IMG/VR virus record: IMGVR_UViG_3300042321_002027
Reading direction: 5' to 3' (one strand)
DNA: 64,000 bases
From: a virus
In this document: positions 47,478-57,123 of the stretch, in pieces
Layout of the letters: every line of letters starts with the position of its first letter
Position numbering within the stretch: the stretch's first letter is position 1
Notes under the pieces: model-generated
Seen by the model: only the letters and a program-made list of their open reading frames with translations
Database searches by the model: none
Told to the model about the DNA's origin: nothing
Translations under genes and position numbers: made by a program

Positions 47478-49226
47478 ATGGAATTATTTGGATTCGAGTT
47501 TAAAAGAAAAGAAGAAAAACCGTTAGTTTCTTTTTCGGCAACGAAAGATACTGATGATGGCGCATTAGTAATTTCGGCTGGTGGTGCTTATGGCACTTAT
47601 GTCGACCTTGATGGTACAGTAAGATCAGAAGCAGATTTAGTTACCAAATATCGTGAAATGGCTTTAAATCCAGAATGCGATTCAGCAATTGATGAAATTG
47701 TCAACGAATCAATAGCTATTGATGATAAAAACTTAGTAAAAATTATTGTTGATGATTTAAAAGTTTCAGATCAGTTAAAGAAAATTATTAGAGAAGAATT
47801 TGATAACTGTTTAAAGATCATTGAATTTAACAAGTATGCATACGAAATTTATCGTCGTTGGTACATCGATGGTCGTTTATATTATCATGTGTTGATTGAC
47901 GACAAAAATCCAAAAGACGGCATTAAAGAATTAAGATATATTGACCCTCGTAAAATCCGTAAAGTGCGAGAAGTACAGAAGAAAAGATCAGCGCAAAATA
48001 CTACTGAAATTGCTGTCACTAAAGTAGTTAACGAATACTACATTTTCAATGATAAAGGTTTCAATTACGGAAACAAAACAGTTGGTCCTAATACCACTGG
48101 TTTAAAAATTTCTAGAGACTCTATTGTGCACGTTGTATCTGGTTTAACTGATAACCAAGGCACAATGGTTCTTTCTTATTTACATAAAGCAATTAAAGCT
48201 TTAAATCAGCTGAGCACTCTTGAAGACGCTTTGGTTATTTACCGCCTCGCACGTGCGCCCGAGCGCAGAATTTGGTACATCGATGTTGGTAACTTACCAA
48301 AAATGAAGGCTGAGCAGTACGTTCGCGAAATTATGGTTAAGCATAAAAACCGTTTGATCTATGATGCTGCTACTGGTCAAGTTAGAGACGATCGTAAGTT
48401 CATGACTATGTTGGAAGATTATTGGCTTCCTCGCCGCGAAGGTGGTCGTGGCACAGAAGTTACTACCCTTCCGGGTGGCCAGAACCTTGGCCAGATGGAC
48501 GACGTACTATATTTCCAAAAGAAATTTTTACAAACACTAAACGTTCCAGTAAGCAGATTAAATTCTGACGCACTATTTTCTATTGGTCGTGCTACAGAAA
48601 TTACTCGTGACGAATTGAAGTTTGAACGTTTCATCACTCGTTTAAGATCTCGTTTCTCGCATCTGTTTGTAAAGATGTTAGAAAAGCAATTGATTTTAAA
48701 AGGCATCTTAACTGTTGAGGAATGGCAAGTAATACAAAATCAAATTCGTTTTGATTTCGCTAAGGACAATTACTTTGCCGAGCTTAAGAAAGCTGAGATT
48801 CTTCAAAACCGCATTTCTCAAACTCGTGATTTGCAAGATATGGCTGGTAAATACGTTTCTCATAACTGGATTCGTAAGAACGTTATGCAGCAGTCTGAAG
48901 AAGAAATAGAAATGCAAGATGCATATATTAACGACGAAATGCAATCTGGCGATCCACGTTGGATTAATCCGTTAGTTATGCAAAACGAACAAATGTTGCA
49001 GCAAGATCAAGCTGGTGCGCAAGACCAACAAGGCGAACAACAGCCTGAAGATGATGAAACAAGACAAAAAATGGAACAAGTTAGACAGGCTATGATTACT
49101 GTTGAACAAATGAAAGAAAAGGGTGTACAAAACAGATCAACTCAAGAACAGTCAGCATATAAGGCTGCAGTACAGTTGGTTGCTAAGAACCCTGAAATCG
49201 CTCAACGTATAGGCGCAGTTAAGTAA
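47478..49226 (+). CDS. gp20: portal protein gp20
   Basis: YREMA..PECDSAIDEIVNE, WYIDGR, IYRLARAPERR.WYIDVGNLPK, EDYWLPRREGGRGTEV. Confidence 0.97.
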   Translation: MELFGFEFKRKEEKPLVSFSATKDTDDGALVISAGGAYGTYVDLDGTVRSEADLVTKYREMALNPECDSAIDEIVNESIAIDDKNLVKIIVDDLKVSDQLKKIIREEFDNCLKIIEFNKYAYEIYRRWYIDGRLYYHVLIDDKNPKDGIKELRYIDPRKIRKVREVQKKRSAQNTTEIAVTKVVNEYYIFNDKGFNYGNKTVGPNTTGLKISRDSIVHVVSGLTDNQGTMVLSYLHKAIKALNQLSTLEDALVIYRLARAPERRIWYIDVGNLPKMKAEQYVREIMVKHKNRLIYDAATGQVRDDRKFMTMLEDYWLPRREGGRGTEVTTLPGGQNLGQMDDVLYFQKKFLQTLNVPVSRLNSDALFSIGRATEITRDELKFERFITRLRSRFSHLFVKMLEKQLILKGILTVEEWQVIQNQIRFDFAKDNYFAELKKAEILQNRISQTRDLQDMAGKYVSHNWIRKNVMQQSEEEIEMQDAYINDEMQSGDPRWINPLVMQNEQMLQQDQAGAQDQQGEQQPEDDETRQKMEQVRQAMITVEQMKEKGVQNRSTQEQSAYKAAVQLVAKNPEIAQRIGAVK

Positions 49227-49238
49227 AGGATGATATAA

Positions 49239-49487
49239 ATGGTAGAAGATAATAAATATGATTTGACCGATTTAGTTGTTTCTGCAATTGAACAGAAGCC
49301 ATTAGATTTTGAATCAGCATTCAACGATCTTATTGTTGATAGAATTCGTGGCGCTGTTGAACAAAAGAAAATTGATATAGCTCAACAGATGTATGGATAT
49401 GAGCCTGAAGAACAGTATGATGACGCCGAAACAGAAGAAGATATAGAAGATAATTCAGAGGAAGAATTTAATGGCGAAGAGTCTTAA
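49239..49487 (+). CDS. small acidic prohead core protein (gp67 position)
   Basis: Glu/Asp-rich C-terminus; directly after the portal gene. Confidence 0.55.
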   Translation: MVEDNKYDLTDLVVSAIEQKPLDFESAFNDLIVDRIRGAVEQKKIDIAQQMYGYEPEEQYDDAETEEDIEDNSEEEFNGEES

Positions 49488-50628
49488 CGATATTTTACAA
49501 CGTTATAGCGACGTTATTTTAGGCAAACTACCGCCTTCGAAAATCGAATCATTAACTACTGGCGAAAATCCAGGAGTTGATTATGCAGATAAAATGAAGG
49601 ATGGTCGCGATTTCATTGCTCAACATTCAGTTGAAAAACATCCTGATCGTAACGGAAACGGCGATGATGTATTTAAAGGTTCAACTAAGAAAGCCGAGAT
49701 GGAACGTCATGGCCATGAACCAAAGCCAAAGGACATTCAGGTTTATAACAAGACCCAGCAGGTTTCTGAAGAAAAAGAAGATATGTCTGGCAAAACTTGT
49801 AAGAAATGCAAAAAAGGCAAATATGTAGAAACATCTCAGCACGACGACATGAAAGGTGTTTTACATTGTTCAAAGTGTGGATCGGGTACTAAGCGTTGGG
49901 CGCTTAAAGAAGCCAAGGACGAAAGAGAATATGGCTACGAAGGCGATATGGCTATCACTCAGTTAAAAACTATTTGCCGTAATGCCGAACATTTAATGAA
50001 GATGATGAAGCCTGACACTGATTTGCCAGAGTGGGTGCAGTCAAAGATTACTAAGGCTGAAGATTATATCTCGACTGCTCACGATTATCTAATGTCAGAA
50101 ATGAATGAAGAAGCCCTTGATGAAGCAAAGTGCAACATGACTGAAGCAGGTAAGATGTGTGAAGTTCATGGTATGAAGGCTTGTACAAAAGAAGACAATG
50201 AATCAGCTTCGGATAAAGAACCACGTTATAATGGTAAGAAAAAAGAAGGTCGTCAGCTAATCACTGATAAGAAGCTTCAAGAAATGGCAGCTTCACAAAA
50301 TCAGGCAATCGCTGCTCGTATTGCTTTACAGCATAAGCGCGAAGGAACTATGCCTCCAAAGGGAACTGCTTCTTACTCAATGATGGACATGTCAGAAAAG
50401 CAATTACACGATTATACTAAAGCTAAAAAAGGCGCTCCTGATAAAGTTGTAGAGTCACTTTCTGATCAGCGTTCAGCAAAAGCAACTGCTTCTGAAAAAG
50501 CAAGAGAAAAAATTACCGCTGCTTTAGAAAAAAGAAAGTTAGCTAAAATGAAAATGGAACAATCTGCTCCTGCCGAAACAGTTATAAGAATGCCAAGTGG
50601 GGAAGTTGGAGACACAGGAAGGGTATAA
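49471..50628 (+). CDS. putative prohead core/internal protein (gp68 position)
   Basis: Highly charged; CxxC pairs; YEGDMAITQL...LPEWVQSKIT motif; between portal and protease. Confidence 0.5.
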   Translation: MAKSLNDILQRYSDVILGKLPPSKIESLTTGENPGVDYADKMKDGRDFIAQHSVEKHPDRNGNGDDVFKGSTKKAEMERHGHEPKPKDIQVYNKTQQVSEEKEDMSGKTCKKCKKGKYVETSQHDDMKGVLHCSKCGSGTKRWALKEAKDEREYGYEGDMAITQLKTICRNAEHLMKMMKPDTDLPEWVQSKITKAEDYISTAHDYLMSEMNEEALDEAKCNMTEAGKMCEVHGMKACTKEDNESASDKEPRYNGKKKEGRQLITDKKLQEMAASQNQAIAARIALQHKREGTMPPKGTASYSMMDMSEKQLHDYTKAKKGAPDKVVESLSDQRSAKATASEKAREKITAALEKRKLAKMKMEQSAPAETVIRMPSGEVGDTGRV

Positions 50629-50873
50629 TGATTTACAAATTTTCAAATACGGAAATTGTTGTTACAACAGCAAATACAGTTTATGACAATCCGCTTATAA
50701 GACTGACTAATCCAACTACAGCGGTTGTTAATGTTACTATTTCAGTTAATTCCACTGCCAACTTATATTCTTTTAGTATACTTGGTAATTCGGAGATAGT
50801 AATTGAAAAAGGACCAACTAATAGAGTTCAAGGAAGTGGTGTTTTCGCATCACCCGTAGCATACAGGTACTAA
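50628..50873 (+). CDS. small hypothetical head-associated protein
   Basis: 81 aa, beta-rich, TAATG coupling; precedes gp21. Confidence 0.6.
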   Translation: MIYKFSNTEIVVTTANTVYDNPLIRLTNPTTAVVNVTISVNSTANLYSFSILGNSEIVIEKGPTNRVQGSGVFASPVAYRY

Positions 50874-50874
50874 A

Positions 50875-51540
50875 ATGAAACTTTTTACTGAGTTAGTAGA
50901 AGACGTTCAATTAATTTCCGAAGCTAAAGAAAGCGGCGGAAAAGACTATTATATTGAAGGTATTTTTCTACAAGCAAATATCAAAAACCGTAATGGAAGA
51001 ATGTATCCAGTTGAAGTGTTAGAGACTGAAGTAAAGAGGTATGTTAAAGAAGTAGTTGATAAGAACAGAGCTTTTGGCGAGCTAGGTCATCCATCTGGAC
51101 CTTCCATTAATTTAGATCGCGTTTCTCATATCATTACAGAATTAAATCGCGATGGTTCAAATTTTATTGGCAGAGCTAAACTTTCTAAAACTCCAATGGG
51201 TGAAATTGCTCGCGGTATTATGGAATCAGGCGGTCAATTAGGCGTTTCCTCTAGAGCCATGGGTTCTTTGAAAGAAGAAAAAGGCATGATGGTTGTTCAA
51301 AGCGATCTTCGCCTTTCAACAGCAGCTGATATCGTTGCTGATCCTTCTGCTCCAGACGCTTTTGTTAATGGTATTATGGAAGGAGTTGAATGGTTATATG
51401 ACCCAATTAAAGATACTTGGTTAGAACAAAAACTACATGACACCAAGAAAAAAATCCATAACATGACAAAATCAAAGTTAGAAGAACAGAGAATGGCTAT
51501 CCTAGAAGACTACATTGCTTCACTAGCTGTAAAAAATTAA
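50875..51540 (+). CDS. gp21: prohead protease gp21
   Basis: IEGIFLQ..IKNRNGR.YP, GELGHP, GVSSRAMGSL, DIVADPSAPDAFV. Confidence 0.96.
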   Translation: MKLFTELVEDVQLISEAKESGGKDYYIEGIFLQANIKNRNGRMYPVEVLETEVKRYVKEVVDKNRAFGELGHPSGPSINLDRVSHIITELNRDGSNFIGRAKLSKTPMGEIARGIMESGGQLGVSSRAMGSLKEEKGMMVVQSDLRLSTAADIVADPSAPDAFVNGIMEGVEWLYDPIKDTWLEQKLHDTKKKIHNMTKSKLEEQRMAILEDYIASLAVKN

Positions 51541-51545
51541 AATTA

Positions 51546-51553
51546 TATAAATA
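51546..51553 (+). promoter_or_regulatory. T4-type late promoter TATAAATA
   Basis: Exact consensus upstream of gp22. Confidence 0.85.
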
Positions 51554-51580
51554 ATTAAAATCACAAAGGAGAATTTTCTT

Positions 51581-52585
51581 ATGTCAAATAGAGAAGAAAT
51601 TCTAGATCAAGAAGAGCTAGAAATTGCTGATAATGTTGAAACTGTAGAAGAAGAAACATTAGCTGCTAAGTCTATTGCTCCAAAGGGCAAAGCTGCTAGC
51701 ATGAACGCAGTTATGGATCTAATGAGCAAGATGTCAGGCGATGACATAAACAAGTTTGTGGCCACTATGACTCAGTTTGGTCCAAACAAGGATTATGGCG
51801 TTGGCGATAATTCAGAACAAATGAGAGCTTCTGTGGCTATGAAGCCATCTGCTGCTTCAGGAATGAGCGAAGATTTGCAGGCTATTTTTAATGGCGAAGA
51901 ACTATCTGAAGAGTTTGTTGAAAAGACAACTATTCTTTTTGAAGCTGCTCTTAATGCTAGAATCATCGTTGAGACAACTCGTCTAGAAGAAGAATATGCT
52001 GTTAAGCTTGAAGAACAAGTTGCAGAAATTTCTGAAGAATTGACTAACAAGCTTGATTCATATCTAACTTATACAGTTGAAAACTGGATGAAGGAAAATG
52101 AAGTAGCTATCGAATCAACTCTAAGAAACGAGTTGATGGAAGAATTCATTGAAGGTCTAAGAAATTTATTCGCTGAGCATTACATTTCTGTTCCGCAAGA
52201 GCAGGTTAATGTTCTAGAATCCTTAGCCGATAAAGTAAATCAGTTACAGGCAAAACTAGATGAATCTATTGACAATAACAACGAACTTCGTGGTTTGTTA
52301 GTAGTTGAAGCCGCAAACAAAATTTTCTCAGAACTAGCTTCTGACTTAGTTGTTTCCCAGCAGGAAAAGTTTGCTGCTCTTGCTGAAGGAATCGAATTTG
52401 ACGGCGATCTAGAAATTTACGCAAAGAAGCTTTCTATTATTAAAGAAAACTATTTTGGCGGCGAATCACAGTATTCTTCAAATATTGAAGAAGAAACTTT
52501 CGAAGGCCAAATTGCTGAATCAGTAAATCTGGACCCACAGGTTAATCGCTACGTTCAGGCAATCGCAAGAACTATTAAAAAGTAA
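51581..52585 (+). CDS. gp22: prohead scaffold gp22
   Basis: ELSEEF..K...LFEAA, LDSYL.Y.VENW..EN..AIE, IKENYF. Confidence 0.92.
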   Translation: MSNREEILDQEELEIADNVETVEEETLAAKSIAPKGKAASMNAVMDLMSKMSGDDINKFVATMTQFGPNKDYGVGDNSEQMRASVAMKPSAASGMSEDLQAIFNGEELSEEFVEKTTILFEAALNARIIVETTRLEEEYAVKLEEQVAEISEELTNKLDSYLTYTVENWMKENEVAIESTLRNELMEEFIEGLRNLFAEHYISVPQEQVNVLESLADKVNQLQAKLDESIDNNNELRGLLVVEAANKIFSELASDLVVSQQEKFAALAEGIEFDGDLEIYAKKLSIIKENYFGGESQYSSNIEEETFEGQIAESVNLDPQVNRYVQAIARTIKK

Positions 52586-52590
52586 GATTG

Positions 52591-52598
52591 TATAAATA
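52591..52598 (+). promoter_or_regulatory. T4-type late promoter TATAAATA
   Basis: Exact consensus upstream of gp23. Confidence 0.85.
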
Positions 52599-52635
52599 AT
52601 TACAAGATTATATTTCTCTAAGAAAGGAAAAATAA

Positions 52636-54039
52636 ATGTATCTATCTGAGGAAATTCAAAACAAGTGGGCTCCAGTCCTTGACCACGACGCTTTGTCACC
52701 AATTAAGGACCAGCACCGCCGTTCTGTAACTGCTATGATGCTAGAAAACACCGAGAAGGCTCTCGTTGAATCATCTGCACATGGCCAGTACCAGACACTA
52801 AACGAAACAGTTCCAGTAAACTTCATGGGCTCTTCAAGCTCAACTGCAGGTGCTGGTGGTATTGACACTTTCGATCCAGTGCTTATTTCACTTGTTCGTC
52901 GTGCAATGCCAAATCTAATGGCCTATGATATCTGCGGCGTTCAGCCAATGACTGGTCCAACTGGTTTAATTTTCGCTATGCGTTCACGCTATAGCAACCA
53001 GACTGGTTCAGAAACATTCTACAACGAAGTTGATACTACATTCTCTTCTGTTACTTCTGGTGCTAACACCTTCGGTAACAAGTTTGTTGGTACAATTCCT
53101 GGCGCAACTAATACATCACCACTAACAGCTGTTAACACTTATAACACTGGTGCTGGTATGTCAACTGCTCAGTCAGAAGCTCTTGGTGATTTTAGTTTGG
53201 CTAATACAACTGGCGGTTCTACTGGAACTCTATACCAGTATCAGTCAAACGCTTCATTCCCACAGATGGCTTTCTCAATCGAGAAGGTTACTGTAACTGC
53301 TAACACTCGTGCTCTAAAGGCTGAGTACACTATGGAACTTGCCCAGGATCTAAAGGCAATCCATGGTCTAGACGCAGAAACTGAGCTTGCTAACATTCTT
53401 TCTACTGAAATCCTTGCAGAAATCAACCGTGAAGTTGTTCGTACTATCAACATCACTGCTGAAGCTGGTGCTCAGGAAAATACAACTACTGCTGGTGTGT
53501 TCGATCTTGACACTGACTCAAACGGTCGTTGGTCAGTTGAAAAGTTCAAGGGCTTGATGTTCCAGTTGGAACGTGAAGCTAACCAGATCGCCAAGCAGAC
53601 TCGTCGTGGTAAGGGTAACATCGTTATCTGTTCTTCAGACGTTGCTTCTGCTCTACAGATGGCTGGTGTTCTTGACTACGCTCCTGCTCTTAACGGTAAC
53701 AATCTACAGGTAGACGATACTGGCCAGACATTCGCTGGTGTTCTAAATGGTCGCCTACGTGTTTACATCGACCCATATGCTCTAGGTGGTAACTATCTAA
53801 CTGTTGGCTACAAGGGTTCTTCTGCCTTTGACGCTGGCTTGTTCTACTGCCCATACGTTCCTCTGCAGATGGTACGTGCAGTTGATCAGAATAGCTTCCA
53901 GCCAAAGATCGGCTTTAAGACTCGTTACGGCATGGTAGCAAATCCATTCGCTGAAGGTCTAACCAAGGGTAATGGTCGTGCTAACGTAATTAGCACTAAC
54001 AAGTACTATCGTCGCGTTATCGTCAATAACTTGATGTAA
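52636..54039 (+). CDS. gp23: major capsid protein gp23
   Basis: LVRRAMPNL.AYDICGVQPM.GPTGLIFA, RALKAEYT.ELAQDLKAIHGLDAE, FYCPYVPL, FQPKIGFKTRYG. Confidence 0.98.
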   Translation: MYLSEEIQNKWAPVLDHDALSPIKDQHRRSVTAMMLENTEKALVESSAHGQYQTLNETVPVNFMGSSSSTAGAGGIDTFDPVLISLVRRAMPNLMAYDICGVQPMTGPTGLIFAMRSRYSNQTGSETFYNEVDTTFSSVTSGANTFGNKFVGTIPGATNTSPLTAVNTYNTGAGMSTAQSEALGDFSLANTTGGSTGTLYQYQSNASFPQMAFSIEKVTVTANTRALKAEYTMELAQDLKAIHGLDAETELANILSTEILAEINREVVRTINITAEAGAQENTTTAGVFDLDTDSNGRWSVEKFKGLMFQLEREANQIAKQTRRGKGNIVICSSDVASALQMAGVLDYAPALNGNNLQVDDTGQTFAGVLNGRLRVYIDPYALGGNYLTVGYKGSSAFDAGLFYCPYVPLQMVRAVDQNSFQPKIGFKTRYGMVANPFAEGLTKGNGRANVISTNKYYRRVIVNNLM

Positions 54040-54066
54040 TAAGATTCGGGTTAACCGAACTACTAA

Positions 54067-54090
54067 GGGGAGCTTCGGCTCCCCTTTTTT
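54067..54090 (+). terminator. intrinsic terminator after gp23 with C(UUCG)G tetraloop
   Basis: GGGGAGC-TTCG-GCTCCCC-TTTTTT. Confidence 0.92.
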
Positions 54091-54091
54091 A

Positions 54092-54099
54092 TATAAATA
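54092..54099 (+). promoter_or_regulatory. T4-type late promoter TATAAATA
   Basis: Exact consensus immediately after the terminator. Confidence 0.8.
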
Positions 54100-54117
54100 G
54101 TAATAAAAAGGTGCGTC

Positions 54118-54537
54118 ATGAAAACATTTAAGCAATTTACTCTTGACGAAGGTTGGAAAAATTATCTTCCTTCAATGCCTTCTATGAATGATGTTTACGC
54201 CACTGGTTTAAATTATGCAGATACTATTTCAGGCGGAACATATAAAGATTTCATAAGACCAGGCATTGATTATGCGGCAAAAAATACTATGAAACTTGCT
54301 GGTTATGGTAAGGGTACTACGTTTGAAAAAGAAAGAAAGCAAGAATACGAAAAGCTAGCCAAAGCAGAAAAAGAATCGCCAAAAGCATCAGCTATAGGTG
54401 ATATTGCTGCGTATGCTACCATGATAGGAATGCCTTATTTAAGATTAAGTTTAGCTGATAAAGCAATGAAAGCTAATGAAGCAGGAGCTAAAACAGCAGC
54501 TGTTGCAAAAGGATTAAGAACAATTATAGGCAGATAA
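54118..54537 (+). CDS. putative internal head protein
   Basis: N-terminus MKTFKQFTLDE resembles the T4 internal-protein capsid-targeting sequence; has a late promoter. Confidence 0.55.
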   Translation: MKTFKQFTLDEGWKNYLPSMPSMNDVYATGLNYADTISGGTYKDFIRPGIDYAAKNTMKLAGYGKGTTFEKERKQEYEKLAKAEKESPKASAIGDIAAYATMIGMPYLRLSLADKAMKANEAGAKTAAVAKGLRTIIGR

Positions 54538-55059
54538 ATGTCAGCAATAGATAATACACCATCAAATCGAAATTTTCTTTCTCCTCTTAATTTCAAGTTT
54601 CAAATTAAGAAGGCTCCGCACGTTAACTTCTTTATACAGAAAGTTAACATCCCCTCTATTTCTATTCCTCCGCCACAACCAAACAACCCATTTGTAAAAA
54701 CACCAATTCCTGGCGAGCACGTTAATTTTGGCGATCTCACAATTACATTTAAAGTTGACGAAGAGCTAAAGAATTACCTTGAAATTTATAACTGGTTGAT
54801 CGCCCTTGGTAAACCAGAAAACTTTGAACAATATAAAACTATTCAAGATCAACCTATAACTTCGGGTGATGGTATTTACTCTGATATTTCATTAATGATT
54901 TTATCAAGTACAAAAATGCCAAATTATGATATCACTTTTGTTGATGCATTTCCTGTAGATCTTACTCAAGTTGTTTTTAATACAACTGATAACAACGTAA
55001 ACTATATCGAAGCTTCTTCAACTTTTAAGTATAGCTACTATACAATTACTAATATTTAA
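54538..55059 (+). CDS. gp3: tail tube terminator gp3
   Basis: NRNFLSP..FKF.I, P.VNFF.Q.VNIP, F.VDE.L.NY.EIYNW, F.DAFP. Confidence 0.88.
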   Translation: MSAIDNTPSNRNFLSPLNFKFQIKKAPHVNFFIQKVNIPSISIPPPQPNNPFVKTPIPGEHVNFGDLTITFKVDEELKNYLEIYNWLIALGKPENFEQYKTIQDQPITSGDGIYSDISLMILSSTKMPNYDITFVDAFPVDLTQVVFNTTDNNVNYIEASSTFKYSYYTITNI

Positions 55060-55060
55060 C

Positions 55061-55089
55061 TTTACTTTTATTCGTTATTGCAGTATTAT
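55061..55089 (+). promoter_or_regulatory. sigma70-like promoter TTTACT-N17-TATTAT for uvsY/uvsW
   Basis: 17-bp spacer; intergenic. Confidence 0.6.
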
Positions 55090-55119
55090 ATACTCTATTA
55101 ATAATTTAGAGATCTTGAA

Positions 55120-55554
55120 ATGAAAATTGAAGAAATACACGAGCTTTGGAAAGTTGATGCTGAAATCGACAAGACCGAGCCTGGAGAAGAGGCTCTTAAA
55201 ATAGCCAAGCTTCATCATAAATACTTCCAGATTCTTTCTTCAGAAAGACTTTCGCTTAGAAAATTCGAGTCTGATTTAAAGAAGCTTAGGTTAGACAAGT
55301 ACGAGTTTTACACTCAGGGTCCAAACGAAGAAACTCAAGAAAAGGGTTGGAAGCTTCCTTCTAAAGGTCTTATACTTAAAGCTGACATTCCAATGTATAT
55401 GGATGCAGACCAAGATATAATAAACCTTTCTCTTAGAATTGGATTGCAACAAGAAAAAGTAGAACTTCTAGAGTCAATAATCAAGACTATAATGAATAGA
55501 GGTTACAACCTCAAAGTGTATGTTGAATGGGTTAAATTTACAAATGGTTCATAA
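55120..55554 (+). CDS. uvsY: recombination mediator UvsY
   Basis: W..D..ID, I.KLH.KY, Y..AD.D, I..R.Y..K..VEW.KF. Confidence 0.88.
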   Translation: MKIEEIHELWKVDAEIDKTEPGEEALKIAKLHHKYFQILSSERLSLRKFESDLKKLRLDKYEFYTQGPNEETQEKGWKLPSKGLILKADIPMYMDADQDIINLSLRIGLQQEKVELLESIIKTIMNRGYNLKVYVEWVKFTNGS

Positions 55555-57101
55555 TGGAAACTGTAAGAATAAGAAAACTTAACGAAGTTTATAATAAGAT
55601 TGATTGTGAACCTTCTATAGCTATGGAATTAAATACGTATTTTACGTTTGAAGTTCCAGGAGCTAAATTTATGCCAGCTGTCCGAAACAAAGTTTGGGAC
55701 GGCAAAATAAGACTTTTCAATTTAATGACTTGCACTTTATACGGTGGATTAAATCGTTACGTTGAAGAATTTTGCAAGTCTAGAAATTATGAAATAGAAT
55801 ACGAAACAGATTTTAGTTCTGATGAATTTTCTTTGATTGAAGCTAAAAAGTTTATCGAAACTTTAAGTATACCAAACAAATTTAAACCAAGAGATTACCA
55901 GCTCGATGCTTTCGTACATGCAGTACGAGAACGTCGGGCTTTATTATTATCACCGACTGCCTCAGGCAAGTCATTTATTATCTATCTATTAATGAGGTAT
56001 TACAATGCTAAAACGCTTATTATCGTTCCTACGACGACTTTGGTTCACCAACTCGCATCCGACTTCGAAGAGTACGGATACTGCAGTGAACAATCAGATC
56101 ACAGACGCAGTGACTCAGGGAGCCGTAGGGTCGGAAGTGGTTCCGAAAACTCCTTCAGCAATGAACGGTCCAGCTGGACCATCGGGATCCACAAAATCTA
56201 CGCAGGGCAAGAAAAGAGGTCGCAAGCCCAAGTCACGATAACAACTTGGCAAAGCATCTACAAAGCACCGAAAGAATGGTTCGATCAATATGATGTAGTG
56301 ATTGGCGATGAGGCTCATAACTTCAAAGCCAAATCACTAACATCTATTTTGACCAAACTGGAAAACTGTCAATATAGATTTGGCTTTACTGGTACACTTG
56401 ATGGCACTCAAACTCATAAGCTCGTACTTGAAGGTTTGTTTGGTCCTGTCCGTAAAGTAACTACAACGGCAGAACTCATCGAGCAGAAGCACCTTGCCGA
56501 TTTCAGGATCAAGGCTATCGTGCTTTCTTACCCAGACGAGATTCGTCAGATGATCGCGAGGGCTGGAGATTACCAGTCCGAAATCGACTACATCGTTCGA
56601 CTCGAGGCACGTAACAACTTTATCAAAAATCTTGTACTCTCGCTTGATGGGAATACTCTTCTTCTCTTTCAGTTCGTTGATAAACACGGTAAAATCCTTT
56701 ACGATAAGTTAGAGAAAGAAACTAAAGATAGAAAAATATTTTTTATCCACGGCGGCGTCGATGGTGAAGAAAGAGATAAGGTAAGAGAAATTGTCGAGAA
56801 AGAATCTAATGCGATTATTGTGGCTAGTTTTGGCACTTTCAGCACTGGCATCAATATTAAAAATCTTCACAATGTTATATTTGCTTCTCCGTCTAAGTCT
56901 CGTGTAAGGAACCTACAGTCTATTGGACGTGGACTTAGAACAAGCGATACAAAGAAGTCAGCAACTCTATTTGATATTGCTGACGATATGACATGGAAAA
57001 CTAAGAAAAATTATACTCTGCTCCACTTCATGGAGCGTGTTAAGGTTTACAACGAAGAGAAGTTCGACTACAAGATCTACAAAGTATCATTAACGTTCTA
57101 A
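55554..57101 (+). CDS. uvsW: UvsW SF2 helicase with ~35-aa insertion
   Basis: WDGKIRLF, SPTASGKS, DEAH, GFTGTL, QSIGRGLR motifs. Confidence 0.95.
   Translation: METVRIRKLNEVYNKIDCEPSIAMELNTYFTFEVPGAKFMPAVRNKVWDGKIRLFNLMTCTLYGGLNRYVEEFCKSRNYEIEYETDFSSDEFSLIEAKKFIETLSIPNKFKPRDYQLDAFVHAVRERRALLLSPTASGKSFIIYLLMRYYNAKTLIIVPTTTLVHQLASDFEEYGYCSEQSDHRRSDSGSRRVGSGSENSFSNERSSWTIGIHKIYAGQEKRSQAQVTITTWQSIYKAPKEWFDQYDVVIGDEAHNFKAKSLTSILTKLENCQYRFGFTGTLDGTQTHKLVLEGLFGPVRKVTTTAELIEQKHLADFRIKAIVLSYPDEIRQMIARAGDYQSEIDYIVRLEARNNFIKNLVLSLDGNTLLLFQFVDKHGKILYDKLEKETKDRKIFFIHGGVDGEERDKVREIVEKESNAIIVASFGTFSTGINIKNLHNVIFASPSKSRVRNLQSIGRGLRTSDTKKSATLFDIADDMTWKTKKNYTLLHFMERVKVYNEEKFDYKIYKVSLTF
56005..56241 (+). CDS. 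putative overprinted 78-aa protein inside uvsW (+1 frame)
   Basis: TGAGGT SD 6 nt before the ATG; amphipathic N-terminus MLKRLLSFLRRLWF; basic tail KKRGRKPKSR; spans the uvsW insertion. Confidence 0.65.
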   Translation: MLKRLLSFLRRLWFTNSHPTSKSTDTAVNNQITDAVTQGAVGSEVVPKTPSAMNGPAGPSGSTKSTQGKKRGRKPKSR

Positions 57102-57123
57102 TGCATTCATATTGACACATGTG

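Noticed and set aside
57112-57117. TTGACA as a sense promoter for gp55
   Set aside because: No -10 hexamer at 16-18 bp spacing on the + strand.
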